Of a DNA stretch of 64,000 nt, positions 1 to 12,740 are shown one piece after another (the first letter of the stretch is position 1; each line of letters starts with the position of its first letter). The position numbers and the translations under genes are program-made. Source of the DNA: the human T2T-CHM13v2.0 reference genome, Homo sapiens; the NCBI RefSeq assembly GCF_009914755.1, contig NC_060927.1; one strand, 5' to 3'. The notes under the pieces are model-generated. The model was given only the letters and a program-made list of their open reading frames with translations, was not told the DNA's origin and did no database searches.

Positions 1-446
1 TAATTCCACAGGATAGCGTGGAATAGAGGAACATTGTTAGTCTTTTTTTTGGTAGGAAATGTAACTTTCTGATTGGAATCTGAAAACAAAATAAAACCAC
101 AAATGATTGTTTTTATTTGCCAAAACTGTGAACAGTATAAACTTCCTGGGTGTCTTGACTAAATAGCTTCATTGGTAGACTATCTTAAGACAGTTATTAT
201 TTAATCCCTCCAATCTTCATATAGAGTGGGCTGCACTTGCCCTGAGAAACTACTTAATACATACCTTTTGAATAAATTACTATTAATGTGAGGACATTTT
301 CATGTGCAGTGTGACCTTACTGCTGAAGGAGTATAACATATAATGAAGCACAGTAGAATAAAGAATAAATTATTAAAAATATGCCAAATATACATAGAAC
401 TAAGACATTTATGTAAGAAAATATATATTTAAATTAATTTTCACAC

Positions 447-746
447 TTTTTTTTCCTTTTTTGAGACAGTGTCACACTCTGTCTCCCAGGCTGGAGTGTA
501 GTGGTGAGATCTCAGCTCACTGTAACTTCTGCCTCCTGGGCTCAAGCAAACCCCCCCACCTCAGCCTCCCAAGTAGCTGAGACTACAGGTGCTCACCACT
601 ATGCCTGGCTAATTTTTGTATTTTTTTTAGAGATGGGGTTTCTCCAGGTTGGCCAGGGTGGTCTCAAACGCCTGGGCTCAAGCAATTCACCTACCTCGGC
701 CTCCCAAAGTGCTGAGTTCACAGGCATGAGCCACCACACACAAGTG
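447..746 (-). mobile_element. Alu SINE (old, AluJ-like)
   Basis: Poly-T followed by gagacagtgtcacactctgtctcccaggctggagtg...gagccaccac; approximate TSD cacacttttt at 442 and 747. Confidence 0.93.
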
Positions 747-879
747 CACACTTTTTTCCTAATACAGTATTTTGAATATTGGAGAATTTATTATCTAGCT
801 TAATAATATTAATGCAATAAATATAGAGCTTAATAGTTGCCAACCAAAAATGCAACAGCATGAAAATATTTATTTATTA

Positions 880-1290
880 ATGCTCATGAGTCTCTCTGTT
901 ACCTGTTTTGCTCTTCCTGTCTTGACTGAACTCATTTGTGAGTTTGTAGATGACATTGTATTGGTTAAGCAGTTCTGCTAATTTTGGAAGTGCTCTATCA
1001 TGTGTTTGATGGCCTTTAGGTCAGTCTATGATTCCCTTATTTGTGACAATTAGACTTTTCTCCATATCATCTCCCATCCTCCAACAGGCTCTCTTGGACT
1101 TGTGCATTTGGCAGTTGCTGGATTCCCACTGAAAGTATTCAAGACCTTTGAAGTTTATGCTTGGAATTCCACAAGAAAATATTCTATTGGCCAAAACAAG
1201 TCACACGTTAGCCCATATTCAAGAAGGGAAATATACTCTGTCTATTGATGAAGGGGTTTGAAAGTTAGATTGGAAATGGCTTGGAGATAA
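880..1290. mobile_element. Old MaLR LTR (MLT1H/J-like), degraded
   Basis: Motif attctattggccaaaacaagtcacac...gcccatattcaagaaggg typical of MLT1 LTRs; boundaries approximate. Confidence 0.6.
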
Positions 1291-1774
1291 AAAGAGAATA
1301 AAGTATTAGGGTGGTTTTTATAATCACTCTATTACTATAGCTTTAAGAAAATGTGCTAAAATATTTATCTTAAAAATTTAAGCTTTGTCTTTCTTCCATG
1401 AAGAAAACCAGTATTATTTTAATTGCTTAACCTTACATCTGATTTTTCATAAGCCTATTGCAAAGTCGTTTGACATTTTAAAATTGTTGTTGTAGAATTA
1501 TATTGATCTGTATTATCTATGAGGAAAATACTACTGGCTTATTCTTCAGGCCTATTGTTTTGAAATCAGAATAAGAGTGCCTTGAAAACACATGAAGACC
1601 TTGCCCTGAATGAGTGGGCAAAGATACCGTTAAGGGGATAGTTTTCTAGATAATCAGCCATGGTGGGAACTTCTGCATTTAGACATGTTTTCAATTAGAA
1701 TTCATTCAGCCTTTGCTGTGTTCCATCGTAGATGCTTGTCAAATTTTACCTCATTTTTTTTTCACAGACATCCC

Positions 1775-1900
1775 AGAGCTAATATTTCTCCAATTTACAG
1801 ATGAGGATACTGAATCAGAGAGGTTAATTGATTTATCTGAGGTCATGCCATTAGCAAAAATTTAAAGCCTTAGCACACTCTTTAAATCCATTATCCCATT
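1775..1900 (-). mobile_element. MIR SINE fragment
   Basis: MIR core ccaatttacagatgaggatactgaatcagagaggttaa. Confidence 0.8.
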
Positions 1901-3289
1901 TCCTGCTATAGTACAGATTTATCTCAAAGTGGTACTGAGTAGCATTTGAATTGAATGAAATTATTGCTTGTATGACAAGTTGGGAGACCCTTAAAAAATC
2001 CAGATAAATTATGATGAATATTTTATCCAAGGAAGTAACCATGAAAATATAAAAAATGAATGTTTGGATATAAAATTTAGTGAATGGCTTTTAATCTTTA
2101 CTGTGAAACCAGAATGTTGAAGCCCCATAAAGTTAATTGAAGCAATACTTGAGAAATTGATTACTACCTATATGCAAAAATAATCTAGTGACAGGAAGCT
2201 TTAAAACTGAGGTAATTAAAACAAGTATTTGTGCTTTCTACAATCATGAATGAACTTTATTTTGTCTAACTCAATTACATATGCTGCAAAATGGCTGTTA
2301 CTATTTTCATCCTATAGATGAGGTAGAGATATATTTCAGTATTTTTTAAACCTTTTAATAGAAAAAAACATGTATAGGTGCAAAGATATTATTTCACTTT
2401 GTCAGTAAACCATAAAATATTCATGTACAACAATATTTCATTTATTTTGATAATGTGAGAATGGTTTTCATAATTATTGCAAATGCTTATTCTGAAATAA
2501 AATATTTTCTTCCTTCACATCTACTATAAAACAAAAATATTTTAAGTAGGTATAACAGTACTAGCTGAAAATGATTCAAATCAGACACATGCCGTGATAT
2601 AAGCCAAACACTTTCTTTTTTAATTTAAAATTGTTTTCTCATAGAATAAGTAATATTTTACCCTTGAAGGATTTTCTTTCTTTCATTTGTGGAAAGACCA
2701 GATGGGTCTCACAGGTCATTCACAGTTATGAAAGAAACAAAAAAAACCTTCTCAGAGGTGAGATATCCTTTAGTTTTCACTAAAAAACAAATTATTTGCT
2801 TGGATGGAAACCTTTTGTATAGCAGTGTAATTGCTGATATCTGTGGGGTGTCTTGGAAAATGAGATGCTCTGTCTCAAGGAGTTATAACTTATCCTTGTG
2901 CATAAAATCTGAATAAATAAATGGGAGCAGACCTTGAAGTTTCTTGCAGAGAGGAGATACATGAAACACAGCTGAGAAATCAGGACAAAAATATCAAATG
3001 ATAACAAGTGAACACAATAAAATGATTTAGCAGTAGGACTAGCTTGGTCTTTTTTTTTCTGTTATGTATATTTTAAAGAAATTTTCTGGCTTTTCATAAA
3101 GAATTACATCTTCCCTTCAAAAATATCAAGTACTATGTATATAATGCTGAATGTTTAAGATTAAAAATTTAACTACTTTAGCTAAAGTAGTTATTTTTAT
3201 GTACTTATTCTTATTTTTGTGTACTTAATTAATTTAAAAAATTCTTATTTTTGTGTACTTAATTAATAACAGTGTGCAAAATAATCTAT

Positions 3290-3660
3290 GCAACAGCAAA
3301 TATTTATTAAGTGCCTACTATGAGGCAAACACTGTTCTTGACACTTTGGGTAGAGCAATGAACAAAATAACCAGAATGTATTTCATCTTAAAGTTATAAA
3401 TTATAGAATAGAAATAATATAAACAAATAAATATATAACAGATAAGTTTGTGATAAGACCTTTGAAGAAATATAGGAATGTCTGGGGAAGGTCTTTCTGA
3501 AAATGTAATATTTGAACAGATATTTTTAGGAAGGGATGGAACAAGCCAAACATATATCAGAAAGAAGAATGTCCAAAGTCAGAGAAAAAAAATGCAAAGG
3601 CTGTAAGACCAAAAGTATTTAATGATTTCATGGAACAGAAAGGAAGTCAATGAGAGTGTA
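3290..3660 (-). mobile_element. L2 LINE 3' fragment
   Basis: caaatatttattaagtgcctactatgaggcaaacactgttct...gaacaaaa, typical L2 3' end in antisense. Confidence 0.7.
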
Positions 3661-4281
3661 TTAAAGATATAACAGAAGATTATAGTCCTATACCATATAA
3701 TAGTCCTTAGGTATTTGAATTAGTTTACTTTAGTTTCAAATATCAATTCATGTGCTCCTGATATTGTGATTTAATTTTTAAGTAATGTACCTGTTGGTGT
3801 TTATGAAATTTGTTTAATTAAAGTCAAATTTCAACAACTTGAAGAACTCGAGGTAAAATAAAAGCTTTAGGTTTTCCTTCTCTTACTTCCTATCCCATCC
3901 ATTTCCCAACAGTAGAACAGGATTGAAGATTAAAATATCCCAAAGAACAAAACATAAGAGGGAAGGAGTATGACTATTTCTAGAAACTCAGTTCAAATGT
4001 CATGTCTGTGTCTGAAACATCAAGAATTGTGGACAGAAATAGCTCAAGTGGGATCAGATTAAAGAATAAAATAAACGCTTCCTAAAATTTTTTTTGTTTC
4101 TTACTGAGAAAGGAGCACAGTATCACAGGAAGTGAGTAAAGGAGAATTTAAACACATAGCTTGAGGGACTAGAGGGAATATTGAAACAGGCTGTGTGATT
4201 AATAGAAACTGCTCCCCCTGGATTGTCTTTGCACTTAAAGATAAGCAGTGTTGAAAAAAGTAAGAGGAGGGAAATGGGAAA

Positions 4282-7200
4282 TTGGGAGGAGCCAGGGAAG
4301 ATGGCTGATTAGTTGCAACTGTGAAACACCCCTTTCAGCACGAGGAACCAAAATACTGGGTAAACCATTACACTTGGAACAGATCTTTTGAGAGAAAACA
4401 CTGAAAGTCGATAGGCAATGAAGACGCTATAGTTGAAGAAGAAAGAAGGTGGGGATCCTGCTCATAGTCCTCAGGTGCCAGGACTGGCCTTGGTCCCTAA
4501 CTGAACCTAAGGAAGGGGTGAGTGAAGGAAACTTGGGGCATCGCTCTCCCACTGCAGACTTCTGGGAACTTAGCTACAGGAGCTTCCACAACCCCACTAG
4601 ACCTTTGAACTGGCAGGGGGAGACTTCCAGAGATCAAGCAGAGGAACGACTCAAACTTACATGGATCCCAGAAGATTTCTCTGCACAGTGCAGCTGCAAC
4701 AAAATTCAACCATAGGTATCTATTCCCCAGGGCTCTCCAGCTTGCCCTGAGTGGCTGCATCTCCTGTGATCAGTTGGGCCCAAGGAGAGCAGAGTTACCA
4801 TTGCTGCAAGACCAGGGCACATCTGATCCACATACCCACTTGCCTGCCAGCCCCTTCCAAAACCACGTCTGGCCGCTCCTGCAGAAGAGTGCCAATGGCA
4901 TGCCTCCAGTGCCCCACCTGACTGTTTTGCTGGTGACCTGGGAGCACTTCAGCCCCCACAGCACAGCCTGTGCTTGACCTCAAATGGCCAGAAGACAAAT
5001 CTGTGCCTGGTCCCAACTCCCCAGGATTCAAGCACATCACCCACGCATGTTAAGCTGAGATATGTGGCCTGAGCTCAAGCAAGGAAGGAGCCCCCACTTT
5101 CAGAAAACAAAACAAAAAAAAGTGTGCTGAAGGTTTGCGTGCTGGCATGGGAGCTGGGTGTCCCTCCCTTCACAAGATCAGTATGGGAAGGGGATGCATA
5201 GATAGCCAGCTGAAGCTTCCTCCCAAAGAAGCCCCATAGCTTGAAACATCTGGAACGGCTGAGTGATCTGGTTGCAGAATGCTTGGGAAAAGCCTGGCTC
5301 ATTGGGACTGCTCCTGAGGAAGACGCTGGAGTAAGACTCATTTGGTTGGAGGAATGTGAGCCCACAGCCATCTGCCAAGCTGAAAACTCAAGACCATGGA
5401 CACCACACTGATTACACACCTGTGGTGCTACTGCCCTGCCCAAGGATCCTCCACCCTTGACCTACTGCATCACCAGACCACCACAGACATACTCCACAAC
5501 TTGCTCTGACTCTGGTAATCCCATGAAGCTGCAGGTCCCCTGCTGGCCTAACTCATGGCTTGGGCCACCCAGAAGTGGAGGAGCACAGGCTGCCAAAGTC
5601 CCTCTTGGGGCAAATAAAAAGAAGGTATGGTGCCAGTAGTTGAAGAGGACATCATCAAGGCCCAGAAATGAACAAGGAAAGTATCATCTCCTGTCCCCTG
5701 ACTATCTTCCCCAGAGCACTTCTCCATACAAACTGAAATAGAAAAGGGGTGCACAACTGAGTAAGAGATGGCTGGAGGGTCTTACTGTTAAGTGCCACCT
5801 ACTGTACTACAGCCTAGTTTAAACCACCAAGGAAAAATACATTGCCTCAACACACTATGCCTGTGAAAACTCACTACAAGAATCTATCTACATCCAAGGA
5901 TCTGAACAGATTCCTTTGAAAGGTGCCCTTTGAAAGCACCCAGAAATAAAGCCAATCAACTATACACAACATACACCAGAAACTTTCCAGGGAAATAAAA
6001 ACAAAAAAATCCCATCCAAATGTTGGCAAGTTCAAAAAGAAAAATAAATGTAATTTCCCTTGGATTAGAAAGAATGAGTGCATGGAAGAACTCTGGCAAT
6101 CCAAAAAGTCAGGATGTTTCACTATATCCAAAGGATTCCTAGCAATGCACCTTAACCAGATTGAAAGAACAGACGTAATTCAGAATCTGAATTATAGGAA
6201 AGTTCAACAAGATGCAAGAGAAAATTGAAATCCAAGCCAAAGAGACCAGAAAGAAATCGTCCAAGATTTGAAAGATGACATAAATATGTTAAGAAAGAAA
6301 CAATCTGAACTTCTGGAACTGAAAAATTTACTACAAAATTATCAAATTACAATAGAAGCTTTAACAACAGACTAGGCAAGCTGAGGAAACAAAATTCAGA
6401 GCTCCAAGACTGATCCAAGAAAACAGTAAAGAAAAACGAATTTTAAAAAATGAACAAAGCCTCTGAGAAATATAGGATTACGTATAGTGACCAAACCTGG
6501 AACTCATTGGAATTCCTGAGAAAGAAGAGAGAGTAAACAACTTGGAAAACATGTGAGAATATAATCAATGAAAATTTTCCCAATCTCACAGGAGATATCA
6601 ACAAGCATATACAGCTGATTAAAGAATTCCTGAGAGATACTATATAAGATGATCATCTCCAAAGGCACATATTCATCAGACTTTCCAAGGTCCATATGAA
6701 AGAAGAAAACTTTAAGGGAGTTAGAGAAATGGTTATACTACCTGAAAAGAGAACTACAGGAGGCTAACAGTTAATTTCTCAGCAGAAACCTTACAATCCA
6801 GAAGAGATTGGATGCCTATTTTTTAACATTTGTTAAGAATAAAAATTCAAACAAGAAGTTTATATCCCACCAAACTAAGCTTCGTAGGCAATGGAGAAAT
6901 AAAATCTTTCCAAAGCAAGCAATCTTGTTACCTCTAGACCAGCTTTATAAAAGATGTTTAAGGGAGTTCTAAACATGGAAATTAAAGAATGATAGCTGCA
7001 ATCACAAAAGCACACATTAATTACACTGCCCACAGACTGTACAAAGCAACTAAACAAGACTACAAAGCAACCAGCTAATAGCCCCACAAAAAATCAAAAC
7101 CTTATATATCTATATTACCCTTGAATGAAAATAGTCTAAATGCCCCACTTAGAAAACAGAATGGCAAATTGGATTTTAAAAAGACCCAGCTTTCTGTTTT

Positions 7201-8460
7201 CTTCAAGAGACCTATTTCATGTGCAACAATACCCATAGGCTCAAAGTAAAGAGATGGAGATCTATCAATCATGCAAATGGAAAATGAAAAAAGAGAAGTG
7301 GTTGCTATTCTTGTATCAGTCAAAGCAGACATTAAACCAGTAACAAAGGACAAAGTTGGTCATTATGTAATCATAAAGAGTTCAATTCAATAAGAAAACC
7401 TAACTTGCCTAAACTTATGTCCACTTAACGTTGGAGTCCCTGGATGACAAAAAAGTGCTTCTAGACCTAGTAGAAGACTTAGACAGCCATATGATAATGG
7501 CGGGCGGGGAGGGGACTTCAGCACCCCATTAACAGTGTTAGATAGATCATTGAGAGAGAAAACTAACAAAGAAACTCTGAACTTAAATTTGACACTTGAA
7601 CAATTGAACCTAGTACACATCAAGCAAGGAAGGAGCCCCCACTTACAGAATACTCCACTTAACAACCACAGAACATACCATCTCATCTGCACAGGGAAGA
7701 TATTCTAAGATCGACCACATGTTTGACCATAAAGTATCTCAATAAATTCAAAAAAATTAAAATCATGCCAAGCATATTCCAAGACCATGGTGAAATAAAA
7801 ATAAAAATCAAAACCAAGAGGGACTCTCAAAACTACGCAATTGCATGAAAACTAAATAACTTGTTCCTGAATGACTTTTGGTTAAACAATAAAATTAGGG
7901 CAGAAGTAAAAAAACTTCCCTGAAACAGAAATACATGTACAACATACAAAAATTTCCAATATGCAGCAAAAGCCTTGCTAAGAAGAAAGCTTATAGCTTA
8001 AATGCCTACACCAACAAGTTAGATCTCAAATTACCAATTTAACAGTATGTCTGAAGGAACTACAACAGCAAAAAAAACAAACTAGCCCCAAAGCTACAAG
8101 AAGAAAATAAGTAACTAAAAGTAGAGCAGAACTAAATGATATTGAGATGCAAAAACCATACAAAAGATCAACAAAATGAAAAATTGGTTCTTTGAAAGGA
8201 TGAATGAGATGGATAGACTACTAGCTAGATTAACAAGAAAAGCAAAGATCTTAGTCTTCTACTAGGTCTAGAAGCACTTTTTTTGTGACAAAAGTTATGC
8301 TAAAATGGATCTCACAGAAATACAAATGTTCCTAAGAGACTGTTTTGAACACCTTTATGCACACAAACTCAAAACTCTTGAGGAATTATTGCTTCAGGAT
8401 TTCAGTTTCTTCCTGATTCAATCTTGGGAGGTTGTGTGTTTTGAGGAATTGATCAATTTC
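4282..8460 (+). mobile_element. Old primate L1 (late L1PA/L1PB era): long 5'UTR, decayed ORF1 (~6060-6990) and 5' part of ORF2, 3'-truncated
   Basis: Starts gggaggagccagggaagatggctga; ORF1-like ttctcagcagaaaccttacaatccagaagagattgg; ORF2 endonuclease-like ggggacttcagcaccccattaacag; no poly-A or 3'UTR; ends in a short inversion. Confidence 0.9.
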
Positions 8461-8619
8461 ATATTTTGCCCAGTCCTAAATGGGTTATGTCCTGCACCTT
8501 GTTCTTTATTCACTCTCCTTGAGTAATCTCAATAGCAAATCTGATAATATGATAGTGATGCTAGAACCATGAGTATCAGAGCCGTATTCCCAACTGACTG
8601 CTTGACAGTTCCACCTGAG

Positions 8620-9006
8620 TGTTATTGCCTGAATTTTGTCCATTCACCTCACACCCCCAATTTATATGTTGAAGTCCTAACCCTGGTACTTCAGACTGTG
8701 ACTGGACACAAAGGTCTGTAAATAGATAATTAAGGTCAAATGAGGTCACTAAGGTGTCCCCTAACTCACTATGATTCATGTCCTTATAAGAAGAGAGTAG
8801 GACACAGACAAAGATCATGTGAAGACACAGGGAGAAACAAAGCCAAGAAGAGAGACCTCCAGAAGAGAGACCTCCAGAAGAAATAAACACTGCCAATACC
8901 TTGACCTCAGACTTTTAGACTCAAGAATTGTGAGAAAATAATTTTCTGTTTTGTAAGGCAAGCTATTTGTGGTATTTTGGTATGAGAGCCCTAGCAAATT
9001 GATACA
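8620..9006 (+). mobile_element. MLT1A/B-type solo LTR inserted in an L2
   Basis: TG...CA termini; near 5-bp TSD ctgag/ctaag; tatgttgaagtcctaacc and gccctagcaaattgataca motifs; internal 15-bp tandem duplication agaagagagacctcc at ~8846-8880. Confidence 0.85.
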
Positions 9007-9932
9007 CTAAGTATTCCACCAACTCATCAAACATAGTATCTCTAAAATGGAATTTGTCATTTCTCATCAAATCTAATCTTCTTCCTGGGTCACCTATCTC
9101 AGCCAGTGCTGACTTTAACTAGTTCCTCAAATCAAAAACAATATCTTCATTCTTGACTTAGTTTTCTCTCTCCATATAGTTTGATAACAAGAAGTTCTCT
9201 TTAAACCACAAAGAAAGCCCTCCAATCCATCCATTCTGTCCTCACTATCATCAGCCCAGTTGAGGCCATTATAGTCTCTTACTTGAGTTACTGCTTGAGC
9301 TTTCTAAATGACTTACTGCCACTGTATTGTGCCCTCCAACACAATGTCTCTGAAATGCACATCTGCTCACCATTACTTGCCTACTCTTTCTTGGCTCCCG
9401 TTGCTTTAAGGATAAAACTCAAAATGTTTATCACTGGCTTTAAAAGCTCTTTGTGAACTTTCTTGTATTTATCACTCTATATTGATTTCTCTCCACTGTA
9501 CTTCTAGAAAACTTTGATATAGAAACTGAACTTGTCTTTTTCATTTTCTTGGTCATGTTGCTGTTCTCGCTCTCATCTCTAGACCTCTGCACATGTTATT
9601 CTCTTTGAGAAACATTTCTCTTCCTTTTCTTGTCCCTATTTATAGCCCTTTTCTGAGCTAACATCCCCAAGGTATTAGGTTTGGCAACACTTGATCTGAG
9701 AAGATTTTTATAATTCTAAAATCTGGGTTAGGGTCTCATTCTATATGCACCCAAGCTTTGCTGCAGTCCTACCCAGGCACTCATCAAATTACATTGTTTT
9801 GCATAATGATGTGCCTGTATGTCTCCCTAGGTTATAGTATTCATGAGAGCAGGAATATATTCCTATTAACTGGTAAAGTGCATATACATTGTAGGTATTC
9901 TATAAATACTTTTAGATATATAAATGAATGAT
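9007..9932 (+). mobile_element. L2 LINE 3' region (continues from ~8470-8619)
   Basis: L2-like motifs ending tgtaggtattctataaatact...aaatgaatga. Confidence 0.7.
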
Positions 9933-10739
9933 TAAAGAAATAAAGCACAATGTTAATTGAAATTACCCTAGTCTAATCTAATTAAGGAATTTGTGATATT
10001 CTGCCCTATGCTTTTCTCTTTTAACTAAATGTTTTCAATGAACATGTATTGCATCTCTTAAAAATAGACTACCCCAAATATAGTATTTCGGCAAACTTTA
10101 TGTTTTTAAGGTGTATGCTGAAATGAAGCAGACTACAGTATTTGTTTTTATACATATGAAAACTAAATATATATTTAAAACATCACTTGTTATTTTTACT
10201 TCCAGTCTAATTTAAACATACTTATGACTATTCTTACTTTCAAATGGAAGGAAAAAGTTTTGTATGTGTCAGGAAAATAGCATAATGTAGTATTCTTTAA
10301 ATAATTTAATGTTTGAATGTTATATAAAACTAAAGCAAAATTTAAATATACTCATTCTTTAAATGTTATCATGGATATATGTACCATCAATTTCCTAGTC
10401 TAAAATGATTGCATTACCCTGTTTTATTCTGTAATCTCCCATTTAATAAAGACATGTCATTGAAAATTTAGCTGTCCTAAAATTTTGTTCTTCTCAAGCT
10501 ACTAACTTTTCTTAGAATTATATGATCATAAAATTTATCTTAATTTTGAACCTCCTAAAGTTGTCTATCAATAAGTTTAATGTTTCCCAATGAAGGCCTT
10601 ATATCTGAATAAACAGTCATTAAAATATCACTGGCTTACAAGTATATTCATATTCAAATAACAGAATGAATTTATTTGGCATTATTACCCACATGTTCAT
10701 CACAGTTTTGCCCTGATTAATGTATTGCTTGAGAGGACT

Positions 10740-10925
10740 GACAATGACTGAGCTCTTAGATCACTTAACCTCTCTGCAAATCAACTTACTAATCTATATA
10801 ATAAAGATGATAAAGTAAACATGATAATAATGTCCTACTTTATGATATTTCTTTTGAGAATTAAATGACGTGATGTATTTAAAATGATGTATACATAGTA
10901 TATAAAAAGCTTTAAATAAATGTCA
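10740..10925 (+). mobile_element. MIR fragment
   Basis: tcacttaacctctctg...ctatataataaagatgata...ttgagaattaaatga. Confidence 0.65.
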
Positions 10926-12459
10926 TTTCAAAGTGATTGAAAATATCCCGTTCACTATTCCCCCCCAAAATATGAATGTTTGTTATTTTCTGTTGTATGG
11001 AATAATTTGCATTGTGCAATGTCATGGCAGTCCCTTCTCTGCCAAGTCTATAAAGATGTAAAACTTGTCTAATATTTGACTTGTACTTTCTGAGGTTTTA
11101 GAAGGAGTGACCACCATCACCATTGTTTTCTTACAAAGAAACTTGTATTGACCACATTTTTCAGTTTTTAGTCATTGCTGCTTTAAATCATTTTGTTTGG
11201 AAAATACCCAGAATCTTTTTGTCAGAATGTTGATTACAGAGGTTACTAGCCACAATATTAGCTCTTTCAGTTCACAAAGGTGCTATTTGGGAAAGTGCTT
11301 CTGTAGAGAGCTGGTCAGTATCCTAAATTAAGAACATTAATGTATCTTCAAAAATACCTTACTTTACTTCTGGGAACAATTCATGAAAATAAATTTTCCA
11401 CTACATGATGATGTGGGGTTAATACCCTTACACATGTAAAGTAACTCACTTTCTCAAAATCGGTGGAATTATTTTGTCCTTAGTAAGAGTTGAAAGCCCA
11501 TTGTTATAATTTATTTCAACATTTACTGAATGCCAGCAGTACTCCAGGCAGCTAGTGTGACACAATTCTACATCAATACCTGTAATTATGCAGGTTAAGC
11601 TAGTTTTGTTACATATATGCCAATACCCAATTTTTAAGCATGGATAACTTCATCTTATTTATTTCAAAGTTAAAGTTTTAGAGGACATCATGCACATGTA
11701 ATAAAAAACTTTAAAAAGTTCAGTTGTTTCCTAGCTATCTATGACAAGCTTCAAAAACTTGAAAAGGAGGATTGCTGACAAAACAGAAATTATGGGTATA
11801 CTTCTTTTCAAACAATAACAATAACAAATGAAAGTAGAAACTAAAATTCAACCAGAAATAAACCCTTGATTGTTCTCCTGTCAGCCTGTCACCTACATGA
11901 AACAGCTGCTAAAGCAAAGGCAGACAGAGCAGCTGTTGCTGCTAAAAGTACTAATGCTAAAGCTTTCCACAAAGACTTATTTTCATTAATATCAAATTGT
12001 GCTGACACGTTTTATCAACCCAGTGACACTGCCCGTCTCAATTAGAATCTTCACAAGGCCCTCTCCAGTGTCACAGTTGTGTCCAGCTTAGTATTCATAC
12101 CATTTTCTTAGCGTAATGGAACTCAAGTTATCCTCTGCCCATTTTATATATCCTAATAGTGATGAATATTTACAAAGTCTCTAAAATAGACTATTCTTAC
12201 TGAGACAAAATAGGAATCATTCCACTTACTCCATATGCAGAATCTGTAGATAAAAGTGGTGAAAATGTTCTTGTTTTTATTTTCCGGTGTTTTCAAAAAC
12301 AGTGCATCTTGCAACTACTTCTCAAAGAAAGAAACCCTGTAAAAATAAATATCAAAGAACAACAACAGCAAAAACCCTGAAAATCCAACATAAGGTATAT
12401 AAGAAGAGGAATTGAGACCTCAATTTGTATAACTTCTTAAGTTACCATACCTCAATTTC

Positions 12460-12740
12460 TTTCTTTCTTTTTTTTTTTTTTTTTTTTTGAGACGGAGTCT
12501 CGCTCTGTCACCCAGGCTGGCAGTGGCACAATCTTGACTCACTGAAACCTCCACCTCCCGGTTCAAGTGATTCTCGTGCCTCAGCCTTCCGAGTAGCTTG
12601 GATTACAGGCGTGCACCACGCCGCCCAGCTAATTTGTATTTTTAGTAGAGAACGGGCCAGAACTCCTGACCTCAGGTGATCTGCCTGCATCAGCCTCCCA
12701 AAGTGCTGGGATGACAATCGTGAGCCACCTTGCCCGGCCC
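12460..12740 (-). mobile_element. AluS with several short internal deletions
   Basis: Poly-T then gagacggagtctcgctctgtcacccaggctgg; lacks gtttcaccatgtt and gctggtctc; approximate TSD tac(c/a)tcaatttc. Confidence 0.93.

Noticed and set aside
2696-3852. Possible small exons (~2697-2757 ending gag|gtgaga; ~3783-3852 ending gag|gtaaaa)
   Set aside because: Weak acceptors and no recognisable protein, so they cannot be supported without transcript data.
4449-5754. Cluster of overlapping short ORFs in a GC-richer stretch
   Set aside because: They lie in the old L1 5'UTR; higher GC lengthens chance ORFs and none resembles a known protein.
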